Assembly (NCBI GenBank): GCA_964397545.1
Contig: CAYNIW010000003.1
Location: forward strand, 134-64,133
DNA length: 64,000 bases
Direction: 5' to 3'
From: an uncultured Desulfuromonadaceae bacterium
Lineage (GTDB): Bacteria; SDB-A
The first letter of the stretch is position 1, and every line of letters starts with the position of its first letter. Of this stretch, positions 55,325 to 64,000 are shown piece by piece. The notes beneath the pieces are model-generated. The model was not told the origin of the DNA. It did no database searches and saw nothing but the letters and a program-made list of their open reading frames with translations. The position numbers and the translations under genes were made by a program.

Positions 55325-56872
55325 TTACAAAAAATCAATGTTGTCATCCGTCTCTTCCTCTTGTTCAGGGATCCCGTGCGATTCTTTCTCCGGCAAAGAA
55401 AATCCGGGAAATTTTTCTCCGGAAGATTCACCGGTCGGAATGGCTTCTGCGCCCTGCGAAGGCTCAATAGCATCGAACACATTTTTGTCATCCTGATTAT
55501 ATATATAAATCTCTTTTTTATTTTGATCTTCGTCGTGTTTCTCTGTTAAAACATGTTTTAGAGAAAAAATACCTCCTCCGAAAGATTTAGAATCATCGCC
55601 ATTCTTATCCCCGGGAGTCTTTTCTGTTTTGTCCAAACTTGGTTCAACCCGTTTTTCTTCTTTATCGTCGGGTTTCTTTTCGGAGAAAACACTCTTTCCT
55701 GTTTTCGTGTATATACCTATGGTTCCGCTGGGCTCGTCGAGTTTAGGTTCTTGAGGCAGCAGATCCACTTTTTCCATTGTCGACATTATTTCGCGAGTCA
55801 AATCGAGAACTTCTTTATCCGCGGGTTCCTGTTTCAAGACCTTAATGGAACTTATCTCTTCTTTGTTCACTTTTCCTGAATTATGAAAGAAATCCATGAC
55901 TTCATTGGCCCATTCAATATTATTGTTTGCGAGTTCAGAAAAAAGGTTTTCTATATATGACCTTCTCTGCTCTTCAGCATAAGTAAGAACAGAATACAGA
56001 TATTCATTTTTTGTCTGCTCGTAAAGAGCTCTCTTGTATAGAGAATGAGCGAATTTAACATGGTTTTCAGGGGCTTCAACGGATATTTTGTCAAATATTC
56101 CGTCAATATAATTGACAACAAGTTCAGATACGCTTCTTTCCGTCGGCCCGTAATTCGCTGTGTCCTGTGTGCTTTCAATAGTCTTTTTCAGTTCCTTGAC
56201 TTCCATAAGACCGCCATATCCGAGTCTTTCAAGAGCATCAATCGAATTCTTTACTTCGTCGTATCTCCTGAGTTCAACCGCTTTTTTAGCAAGCTTTATG
56301 TATGAATATGCCGCATTCTCATTTGAGCCGATTTTTTCAAGGTATTTTGGAACTGAAAAATCGAGACCTTCAGCTGTATTTTTAGCCGTGGCTGTTTCGA
56401 TCATTTTTTTTGTTTTCACAATGGTAGTAATGTCTTCAAAAACTCTCAAAACATCTGAATTCTGACTGACATATTGTTTGAGAGATTCTATATACTGAGA
56501 AACCCCTTCTGTGTCGTTTCCATAAGTGACAAAAACATCCCTCACGACGTCGAGCAGTCCGGACCAAAATTTTGCCTGTATTAAAATCCTGTTTTGGACC
56601 TTAAAATAATTCCTGTAATTCTTTTTCGAAAAAACTCTCATGGTTTCCATGAACGCGAGACATTCAAAAAAATCATGCCTTTTGATGTATTCTTTTATGA
56701 GCTCGGAGGATATATCTTCTCCTCTCTTTTTCTGATTGGTGTTGAAAAAAACAATTGATCTGAATTCTTTGGAAAGGTCTTCTTCAGGCAGTTTTTCACT
56801 GAATCTGAATGCTTCTTCCCATTTTGCCGTTTCGAACAGTTTTTTAAATATTTCTACTTCTTCTTTTTTCAT
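55325..56872 (-). CDS. Hypothetical helical protein with acidic, low-complexity C-terminus
   Basis: 515-aa uninterrupted ORF overlapping the hutI stop; no family recognised. Confidence 0.7.
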   Translation of the reverse strand: MKKEEVEIFKKLFETAKWEEAFRFSEKLPEEDLSKEFRSIVFFNTNQKKRGEDISSELIKEYIKRHDFFECLAFMETMRVFSKKNYRNYFKVQNRILIQAKFWSGLLDVVRDVFVTYGNDTEGVSQYIESLKQYVSQNSDVLRVFEDITTIVKTKKMIETATAKNTAEGLDFSVPKYLEKIGSNENAAYSYIKLAKKAVELRRYDEVKNSIDALERLGYGGLMEVKELKKTIESTQDTANYGPTERSVSELVVNYIDGIFDKISVEAPENHVKFAHSLYKRALYEQTKNEYLYSVLTYAEEQRRSYIENLFSELANNNIEWANEVMDFFHNSGKVNKEEISSIKVLKQEPADKEVLDLTREIMSTMEKVDLLPQEPKLDEPSGTIGIYTKTGKSVFSEKKPDDKEEKRVEPSLDKTEKTPGDKNGDDSKSFGGGIFSLKHVLTEKHDEDQNKKEIYIYNQDDKNVFDAIEPSQGAEAIPTGESSGEKFPGFSLPEKESHGIPEQEEETDDNIDFL

Positions 56873-58113
56873 TCTGAAGTTCTTATTACCCTTCCGTCTT
56901 TTACGACTGTTTTAACGGGATTTTGCCCGACAAAGTAAAAAACCTCTTTCAAATCGTCCTCTTGGATAAAAATCATATCGGCTTTATATCCTTCTTTTAT
57001 CAGTCCCACCGAATTATGAACCCCGAGAGAATACGCCGCGTTCACCGTAATGGCGTTGAGGACCTCTTCACAGGAAAGAGCCAGCTTCAGAACCCCTAAA
57101 CTGCCGATTAGCCAGAGGGATTGAATAGGGCAGCTGCCTGGATTGAAATCAGAAGCCAATGCTATAACGCAGTTTTTTGAAACAGCGTTTCTCGCAGGAG
57201 CGTATTTATTAAGATTTAAAACCAATTCAGTCCCGGGCAGAAAAATCATTACGGTATCTGTTTTCGAGATTTTAATAAGATCATCTTCATTCATTTCGAC
57301 GCAATGATCTACTGAAGCCGCTTTATATTCAACGGCGAGGTCCGTAATTCCCGACCTGTTGAACTGCTCAGCGTGAAATTTCATCCTCAATCCATTATTC
57401 AATGCAGACTCGGCTACTCTGCGGGAATCTGAAACGCTGAAAACCCCCTTTTCGCAAAACAAATCACAAAATCCGGCAAGACCCTTTTCTGCGATCCTAG
57501 GAATCATTTTTTCACAAACTAAATCCACATATTTGCCTTTATCGTCTTCAAACTCCGTAGGAATTGCGTGGGCTCCGAGGAAAGTAGGCACTATTCCTAA
57601 ATTTTTCCTTTTTGAGAGATTTTGTATTACTTCAAGTATCTTTATCTCATCATCCACGGTCAGTCCATAGCCTGATTTGACTTCAACGGTTGTCGTTCCG
57701 TAATCGATAAAGGAGTCAATGAACCTTGATGCGAAGTTTTCGATATCCGAAGATTCGGTTTTCCTGACACTTCTAACGGTGCTGAGAATTCCCCCTCCGG
57801 ATTCGAGTATTTCCAAATAAGATCTTCCCTGAGAACGCTGGTAAAACTCATTAGCTCTTGTGCCGAAAAAAACAGCATGTGTATGAGCATCGACAAGCCC
57901 CGGAAGAGCAGTCAATCCCTCAGCACTGTATAGCGCATCCACATCCGATGAGGAATAACGACCCTTTGGGGAAATTTCCTTTATGAAACCGTCTTCAGTC
58001 AGTATATCCACACCGCTCATTAGGCCGATTTTGCCCAAATCATTCCCTCTTTTGGGGATGCTGCCCTCGTCCATGGACACAACGGATTTGATGTCCTTAA
58101 ACAACTTTTTCAT
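56869..58113 (-). CDS. hutI: Imidazolonepropionase
   Basis: PGLVDAHTH, GGGILSTV, TTTVEVKSGYGL, TFLGAH, FHAEQ, ASDFNPGS. Confidence 0.95.
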   Translation of the reverse strand: MKKLFKDIKSVVSMDEGSIPKRGNDLGKIGLMSGVDILTEDGFIKEISPKGRYSSSDVDALYSAEGLTALPGLVDAHTHAVFFGTRANEFYQRSQGRSYLEILESGGGILSTVRSVRKTESSDIENFASRFIDSFIDYGTTTVEVKSGYGLTVDDEIKILEVIQNLSKRKNLGIVPTFLGAHAIPTEFEDDKGKYVDLVCEKMIPRIAEKGLAGFCDLFCEKGVFSVSDSRRVAESALNNGLRMKFHAEQFNRSGITDLAVEYKAASVDHCVEMNEDDLIKISKTDTVMIFLPGTELVLNLNKYAPARNAVSKNCVIALASDFNPGSCPIQSLWLIGSLGVLKLALSCEEVLNAITVNAAYSLGVHNSVGLIKEGYKADMIFIQEDDLKEVFYFVGQNPVKTVVKDGRVIRTSE

Positions 58114-58250
58114 TCAATAACACCGGTCCTTATAAACCGCCCTCATTGTAAAAATATGCAAATTTGTCAGCACTTTAGGAATAACACCTTAATCAGAACA
58201 TGTCAAGTTTATGCAAAGTTATGAAATTATATGTCTCTTTAAGTATTTAT

Positions 58251-58279
58251 TTGAAAATTTACGGTAAAGAATATATAAA
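58251..58279 (+). promoter_or_regulatory. Putative sigma70 promoter upstream of the M1 peptidase operon
   Basis: TTGAAA, 17 bp, TATAAA; the region is AT-rich, so a chance match is possible. Confidence 0.45.
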
Positions 58280-58305
58280 TAAACTGAAAGGAATGATTAT
58301 TTGAG

Positions 58306-60141
58306 GTGAACTTTTCGTCAGTTGCTTTTTTGTTGTTTTTTTTAAGCGCTTTTCCAGAAGAGGATAAATCTTCGGGCGCTGGTAGTTTTACCCAAACGGA
58401 TTCTTTCGGATTTGACGTGCTGAAATACGAATTGGATCTATGTTTTTATGAACCCTTCGACACTCTTGCCGGCAAAAGTGTGATGTTTTCCTCTGCTCTC
58501 AGACAAATAAATTTGATAAAATTTCATCTCGGCTCGAATATGAAAATAGACAGCATTTTATTCAACGGCGCTAAAGTTCAGACATTTGAAAGAAATGCAG
58601 ACACAGTGATTCTTCCAATCGAATTTTTTTTGGATTCAGGAAATTATTTTTCCGTGACAACTTTTTACCGCGGTAAACCTTCTTCAGGCCTTTATAGGGC
58701 TTTTGGCGGTTTTTTTACCGATGTCCAGATTTTGCAGGCATCAAAACAATGGTGGCCATGCGTTGATTTCTGCGACGAAAAAGCCGACAGCGGAATCGAT
58801 GTTTCGGTCACTGTTCCTCAGGGACTTTACGCGGTTTCTAACGGGAATCTGCATTACATGGATACATTAGAAAATAACAGACTGAGGTTCAACTGGAAAC
58901 ATCCTTATCCGATCTCAACATATCTCGTGGCAGTTCTGTGTTCCGACTATGTTATTCTTGAAAAAAACACAGCGACCGGAAAACTCATCTACTATTCAAT
59001 TAAAGGAAACGAAAATACCGCTTTGACTATGCTTGACAGTTCGGAACTGATTCTGTCTTTTTTTGAATCAATAATAGCTCCTTATCCTTTCAAGGGTGAA
59101 AAAATAGGCCAATGCCAATCCGGCGGAAGAGGTGCGATGGAAAATCAGACATGCATAAGATATTCTCCCGGAAGTTGGGCGGCGGCTATTGTCCATGCAC
59201 ATGAACTCACTCACACATGGTGGGGAAACGCAGTAACGTGTTCAGATTATTCAGAGATGTTTATCAACGAAGGAACAGCTTCATATTACGAACTTCTTGC
59301 AGTTCTGGAACTTAGAGGCGACAGTATGTTCAAGGAAAGGCTTCTCTACATGAAGGAAAGAGCTTTGAAATGGGATGACGATCATCACTGGCCAATAATC
59401 GACAGTCCTGACCCTTTCGGATTAAATGTCTATTGGAAAGGCGCTTGGTTTTACAGAATGCTTCGGGAGCTCACGGGAGACAGTCTTTTTTTTCTTTCAA
59501 TGAAAAATTTTTATTCCAAATTTCTCTGGAGAAACGCATCTTCAGAAGATTTGCTTGAGGTTTTTGAGATCAGTTGCGGCATGGAATTGAATTATTTTTT
59601 CGAGCAATGGCTGAGAGGGGTGGACTACCCTAATTTAGCCCTAAACTGGTTCGGTAACTTTGAATCTCTCAGCGTTATAATATCTCAGAACTCCTGGAGC
59701 GGCAGAGTATACAGTTTCCCCCTCGAAATAGCCCTCTGGAAGGAAGGCAGAGCTGATTCAATTTTTGTTCTATGGATGGATACGGACAGTGCGGTTTTCT
59801 TTATCCGTCATTATTTCCCTGATTCAGTCACGCTCGATCCGGATGATAAACTGTTTTTTAGAAAAACAAAAGACCTATCGGAAGAGACAGGCCAAAACTA
59901 CACTGCTCTGGTCTTCAGAGTCATCCCGGGAAAAGGTTTTATTCTCGAATCTAAGTTTTTCGACGGCTCGATTTTTTTATTTGATGCCGCGGGCAGAAAA
60001 GTTTTTTATTCTCAAATTCTCCCCGGAGAAATTCTGCGATGGGAAGGATTGTCCTCATCCGGAGTTATTCTCCCTGCAGGCAGGTATTTACTGCGTTCAG
60101 ATCCGCATTATTTAGTTGAAAGCATCTTGGTCATAAAATGA
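58306..60141 (+). CDS. Exported M1 family zinc aminopeptidase with FlgD/T9SS-type C-terminal domain
   Basis: GAMEN, HELTH-x18-E, VYWKG; tail FLFDAAGRKV...WEG...LPAGRY; GTG start follows GAGG. Confidence 0.9.
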   Translation: MNFSSVAFLLFFLSAFPEEDKSSGAGSFTQTDSFGFDVLKYELDLCFYEPFDTLAGKSVMFSSALRQINLIKFHLGSNMKIDSILFNGAKVQTFERNADTVILPIEFFLDSGNYFSVTTFYRGKPSSGLYRAFGGFFTDVQILQASKQWWPCVDFCDEKADSGIDVSVTVPQGLYAVSNGNLHYMDTLENNRLRFNWKHPYPISTYLVAVLCSDYVILEKNTATGKLIYYSIKGNENTALTMLDSSELILSFFESIIAPYPFKGEKIGQCQSGGRGAMENQTCIRYSPGSWAAAIVHAHELTHTWWGNAVTCSDYSEMFINEGTASYYELLAVLELRGDSMFKERLLYMKERALKWDDDHHWPIIDSPDPFGLNVYWKGAWFYRMLRELTGDSLFFLSMKNFYSKFLWRNASSEDLLEVFEISCGMELNYFFEQWLRGVDYPNLALNWFGNFESLSVIISQNSWSGRVYSFPLEIALWKEGRADSIFVLWMDTDSAVFFIRHYFPDSVTLDPDDKLFFRKTKDLSEETGQNYTALVFRVIPGKGFILESKFFDGSIFLFDAAGRKVFYSQILPGEILRWEGLSSSGVILPAGRYLLRSDPHYLVESILVIK

Positions 60142-60156
60142 TAAAAGGGGTGAAGC

Positions 60157-61482
60157 TTGATCAAGTCGTCGGATAAAATCTACCTTTCCGGAGCAGCAGG
60201 TTCCGGAATGGTGACTCTCGCTTCTTATCTCGCTTCGAAAAATTTCCGCATCACGGCTTCTGACAGGCTCTTCGATCAAGGAAAAGCCCTCTCACGTAAA
60301 AAACACCTGGAAGGGTTGGGCGTTGATATTGTAAGTGAAGACGGAGAAAAACTTGAAAAATCCTCTCTTTTAATAAGAAGTTCGGCAGTTGAGGATTCCA
60401 CACCTCTTATGAAAAAAGCTTTGGAATTGAATATGCCCGTATTTTCAAGATCTGAAACCATCTCTTTTCTTATCAGCATAGGTCGTTCAATTTGTGTCGC
60501 GGGCACTAGCGGCAAAACTACGACTGCCTTTGTCATGGGACACATTTTCAGATGTTGGGGCAAAAAGCCGGTTGTTTTTACAGGCAATGAAGGAAATCCT
60601 CCGGATTTTTCCGACACGGATAACTTTTTTATTGTGGAAGCCGACGAAAGTGACGGGAATCTTCCTCTATATAAACCCGACACCGGTATTTTGCTGAATA
60701 TCACAGAGGATCATTCAGGCGTTCTTCGACTCTTGCCTGATTTCAGACAATTTTGTTTGAAGTGCCAAAAATGCTTTGTCCACGACACCTGCTTCAAGAT
60801 GCTCGGCTGCGGCGTCAGATACCGGACCCAAAACACAATCCTTTCCCGTGAAAAAGACCCAAACGGAATTATATGGACGATGTTCTTAAACGAAGGAGAT
60901 GTTTTTAAGGTGCCTATGTTCGGTGATCACAACATTGAAAACTGCGTTTCTGCCAAAACGGTCGCTCTCGAATACGGCGTTCCCCTTGAAACTGTAAAAA
61001 ATGCTTTGGCATCGCTTCCTCCCTTAAAAAGACGGCTCGAATACAAGGGAAATGTCCTTTTGACGAGTTTTTACGATGACTTTGCTCATAACCCGGCGAA
61101 AATCCGGGCTTCTCTCAAAGCGCTTAAGGAAAATTATCAAAGAATATTCGTGATTTTCAAACCTCACGGTTTCACGCCCGTTAAAAACTTAGGCAAAGAA
61201 ATGGCTATGGCTTTTTCAGAATATTTATCACCCTACGATTCACTGCATCTGCTCGATGTTTTTTATTCTGGAGGAACGGTTCCCGAAAGAGAATATGATT
61301 CTAAATATCTCTGGGGTCTTATAAAAATATTTAACAAGGACATTCCGGTCTCATACGGCATGATGGATATCGAAGATATTGATTTCAGTTCTTTCGATGC
61401 CGTTGTGACTATGGGCGCGAGAGATCCTGAACTTGGAGAGATGACTGATGAAATCAGAAAAAAAAAGCAGAGACAGTTATAG
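60157..61482 (+). CDS. Second MurC/Mpl-family Mur ligase
   Basis: GAAGSGM, VAGTSGKTTT, VEADESDG, DDFAHNP, IFKPHGF. Confidence 0.85.
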   Translation: MIKSSDKIYLSGAAGSGMVTLASYLASKNFRITASDRLFDQGKALSRKKHLEGLGVDIVSEDGEKLEKSSLLIRSSAVEDSTPLMKKALELNMPVFSRSETISFLISIGRSICVAGTSGKTTTAFVMGHIFRCWGKKPVVFTGNEGNPPDFSDTDNFFIVEADESDGNLPLYKPDTGILLNITEDHSGVLRLLPDFRQFCLKCQKCFVHDTCFKMLGCGVRYRTQNTILSREKDPNGIIWTMFLNEGDVFKVPMFGDHNIENCVSAKTVALEYGVPLETVKNALASLPPLKRRLEYKGNVLLTSFYDDFAHNPAKIRASLKALKENYQRIFVIFKPHGFTPVKNLGKEMAMAFSEYLSPYDSLHLLDVFYSGGTVPEREYDSKYLWGLIKIFNKDIPVSYGMMDIEDIDFSSFDAVVTMGARDPELGEMTDEIRKKKQRQL

Positions 61483-62158
61483 GCCCGGCCACAGAAAAAG
61501 GCTCAGAGAAAAATATTTTGAAAATGGAATCCAATCCCTGACCGATGTCGATATAGTGGAGCTTTTACTCACGTTCGGTGTCCCGCGAAAAGATATGCGG
61601 GCTCAAGCCATGGAGATTATGAAAAAATTCAAATCCCTCTATTCTGTTTTCAACGCGGAAAAAACCGAACTCACTCAAATTGACGGAGTCGGAAGTTCAG
61701 CCGCTTTCGGTATCCTTTTTACTGGGACCGCCTACAAAAGAGCGTATCAGGAAAGTATTAAAAAAATCGAAATCAGAATCGACAATTACAATACAGCAGT
61801 GAAAGAACTTGAGAAAAAAATGTCCTTATCCCTGGGCGCTCTCAAAGACGAGTATGTATATTCTCTGTATCTCGACAATGCAGGTCATGTTCTAAAATAC
61901 GAAACCATATCAAAAGGAACAGTAGGCCAGGCAGAAGTCTATCCGAGGAAAATTCTAGAAACGGCACTTTTGAAAAAAGCCTCTTCCGTTATTTTGGTCC
62001 ATAATCATCCTTCAGACAATCCTCAACCGTCTGAAACAGATATAGTTCTCACCAAGAAGATTGAGAAAGTTTTGTCTTCGGCTGAAATAAGCCTTCTGGA
62101 TCACATAATAGTTTCAAAAAGCGGAATCTACAGCTTCAGAGAAAATGGATTCTTCTGA
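61448..62158 (+). CDS. radC: RadC/JAB domain protein
   Basis: GHRKRLR, HhH motif IDGVG, HNHPS...PSETD, LLDHII. Confidence 0.93.
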   Translation: MKSEKKSRDSYRPGHRKRLREKYFENGIQSLTDVDIVELLLTFGVPRKDMRAQAMEIMKKFKSLYSVFNAEKTELTQIDGVGSSAAFGILFTGTAYKRAYQESIKKIEIRIDNYNTAVKELEKKMSLSLGALKDEYVYSLYLDNAGHVLKYETISKGTVGQAEVYPRKILETALLKKASSVILVHNHPSDNPQPSETDIVLTKKIEKVLSSAEISLLDHIIVSKSGIYSFRENGFF

Positions 62159-62212
62159 ACCGTAAAAATACTTTCTTTTGCTTTGACCGCCATTTTTGTC
62201 TAAAATTAAAAA

Positions 62213-63079
62213 ATGGTGACTCCGTATTATATTGATTTAGGCTTCAAAGACGTCAGAGAAGGAATGTATGACAATTTCACCTTCGACACAGAAGGGATAC
62301 CCCTGTATAGGTATTCTTGGGGCGTTGAATACAACCCCATTTTCATAGAACACTATGCTCTTTATAACCTCAATATTTTCCTCCAGGAAAAAAAACAGGA
62401 GAAACTCGATGAATTTATGCGGATAAGCAGATGGCTGTTAGATCATTGCAGGCACTGCGGAGAGAGCTGTATCTACGAGTTTAATTTTCCCCTCAAGTAT
62501 CTCAACCTCAAGCCTCCGTGGATTTCGGCTATGGCACAGGGCAGGGCGGCTTCGGTTTTCACGAGAGCCTATGAAGCGTCAGGAGACAATCGTTTTCTCG
62601 ATGCCGCTCAGAAGTCTATTCTGCCTTTTTTCAAATCTGTAGGTGAGGGCGGGGTCAAAACCGAATTTCCCGACGGATCCCCTGCCGTAGAAGAATACAC
62701 CTCTACTCCGAAGAGCCTCGTTCTCAACGGCATGATTGTGGCTGTTTTTGGACTATTTGATCTCTGCAGGTTCCCTGTGGATTCTTCTTTTTATAAGATC
62801 AAAGAAGAATTGGCCCTTTCATTGGAAAAAAATATATTCCACTACGATACGGGTTTCTGGACATACTACTCTCTTTTCAAGCACAAACCCATAGCCAATT
62901 TGGACTATCACAGATATCATGTCCTGCTCACATGGAAGCTTCATGAGCTAACAGGAAAAAGAATTTTCTTAGAAAAAAGCCTCAAGTGGGATTCTTATCT
63001 GAATTCACCTGTTAAAATCCTCTCTCGTCATTTCATGAGATTTTTACAGAAAACAGGTTTGAAGTTATATATTTTATGA
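62213..63079 (+). CDS. D-glucuronyl C5-epimerase family protein
   Basis: YNPIFI, PWISAMAQG, EEY...LVLNGMI, YDTGFWTYYSL, YHRYH. Confidence 0.85.
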   Translation: MVTPYYIDLGFKDVREGMYDNFTFDTEGIPLYRYSWGVEYNPIFIEHYALYNLNIFLQEKKQEKLDEFMRISRWLLDHCRHCGESCIYEFNFPLKYLNLKPPWISAMAQGRAASVFTRAYEASGDNRFLDAAQKSILPFFKSVGEGGVKTEFPDGSPAVEEYTSTPKSLVLNGMIVAVFGLFDLCRFPVDSSFYKIKEELALSLEKNIFHYDTGFWTYYSLFKHKPIANLDYHRYHVLLTWKLHELTGKRIFLEKSLKWDSYLNSPVKILSRHFMRFLQKTGLKLYIL

Positions 63080-63100
63080 ACTTTCTCCTTTCAAATAAAA

Positions 63101-64000
63101 TTGAGGGAACAACTGCCGAATATTAAAAGATTTACGAATGCAAAAGAGTCAAAAAGAAAAATGGCTCTTTTCTACGCAGATCTTTCGGGCTTCACGCATA
63201 TAGTCAGCAGTTTTTCCAAAAAAGGCAAAGAAGGGATGGAAGAAATTGCAAATATCGTCAGTGAACTTTACGGGACTTTTATACAGGCGTATGAGCTAAA
63301 CGGTGGTGTTTTCATTAACGCTGCCGGTGATTCGGTATTGATATCACTGCCTTTCAACGCCGTTTCTATAAAAACAGTAAAAGAAGTCAACAAGAATTTA
63401 ATAAAAAAATTTACATCCTACAAAAAAATATTTTCATTCGAATATGTTGGTCTCAAATCAGCTTTCATATTTGAAGAATTTGACTATACTCCTTATTTTT
63501 GGAAAAACAACTACTTGTCAGTCTTATCAGGTAAAGCGAAAGAAATTCTATCGAACCTCGACCTCACAGACGGGTCGATATTTTTTTACCCCACGGTTTC
63601 CGCTTCAGAAAGACGAAAATCAATTTCAAAAATGATGTTCAAAAAAGACATTTCTGTCATTAAAAATCCTGAACACAGAGTTGTAGTTTCTATGATGATA
63701 CAATCTCCGGTAATTTCAGTTACAAATCTTGAAAATTACATAAAAAAAATCGATTATTACATCAACGCTCATAACGGAGAAATAAGCGATATTGATTGTG
63801 TCAATCGCGACGGTTTTAAGACTCTCGTTCTTTTCGGACACAAATCTGACAGCTTCACGGATTTCGAAGAAGTGCTGGATTGCGCGCAGAGAATAATCGG
63901 ATCGAACATATCCGGTTACAGAGGACTTAAAATAGGAATATCAGCCGGTTACGCCTATACCGGCATTCTCGACATAAAGGAAAAGTCCAAATTCATGGCT
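63101..64000 (+). CDS. Class III adenylate/guanylate cyclase domain protein (3'-partial)
   Basis: Frame open from 63080 to the window end: ALFYADLSGFT...INAAGDSV...KTLVLFG...LKIGISAGYAYTG. Missing from the ORF track because it has no stop in the window. Start is TTG 63101 or ATG 63161. Confidence 0.8.
   Translation, partial: MREQLPNIKRFTNAKESKRKMALFYADLSGFTHIVSSFSKKGKEGMEEIANIVSELYGTFIQAYELNGGVFINAAGDSVLISLPFNAVSIKTVKEVNKNLIKKFTSYKKIFSFEYVGLKSAFIFEEFDYTPYFWKNNYLSVLSGKAKEILSNLDLTDGSIFFYPTVSASERRKSISKMMFKKDISVIKNPEHRVVVSMMIQSPVISVTNLENYIKKIDYYINAHNGEISDIDCVNRDGFKTLVLFGHKSDSFTDFEEVLDCAQRIIGSNISGYRGLKIGISAGYAYTGILDIKEKSKFMA

Noticed and set aside
63077-63108. Sec readthrough joining the epimerase and the cyclase
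   Set aside because: The context YIL-stop-TFS is not a redox motif, the hairpin starts only 6 nt after UGA with an ATAAAA loop lacking G, and the epimerase domain is already complete.
63444-63635. ORF-track 63-aa ORF
   Set aside because: It lies out of frame inside the longer cyclase reading frame.

Overview
Densely packed genomic window from a diderm, probably anaerobic bacterium. Four exported proteins with T9SS/FlgD-like C-terminal tails, LptF/G and BamD point to an FCB-adjacent or candidate-phylum lineage such as WOR-3; this is inference and was not tested. From left to right: FG-GAP/PKD/LamG protein, TetR regulator, PQQ-type propeller; a minus-strand selenium operon (yedE, yedF-like, class V aminotransferase, DUF3343, selD); an LVIVD protein; typA; accessory envelope genes including a gingipain-like C25 peptidase; uppP; amidase-lptF-lptG-GT2-DUF523/1722; a ~24 kb extended dcw operon (mraZ to ftsZ, continuing through yggS, divIVA, bamD, nadD, polA, pyrB); rarA; a hutI/ExeA/TPR operon; then an M1 peptidase, second Mur ligase, radC, C5-epimerase and a partial class III cyclase. 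Four features are missing or misread in the ORF track. (1) A 97-codon HesB/IscA-like ORF at 12904-13197 has two adjacent in-frame TGA codons (G-U-U) followed by a SECIS-like hairpin, making it a candidate tandem-selenocysteine protein. (2) SelD is itself a selenoprotein (UGA at 5583-5581 plus a SECIS-like hairpin). (3) A 235-bp internally deleted IS element sits inside the uppP start codon and rebuilds both the ATG and the RBS. (4) The selenium operon has a structured, UGA-containing leader. I recognised no rRNA, tRNA or CRISPR array. All family calls come from motif recognition by eye; no database search or RNA folding was run.
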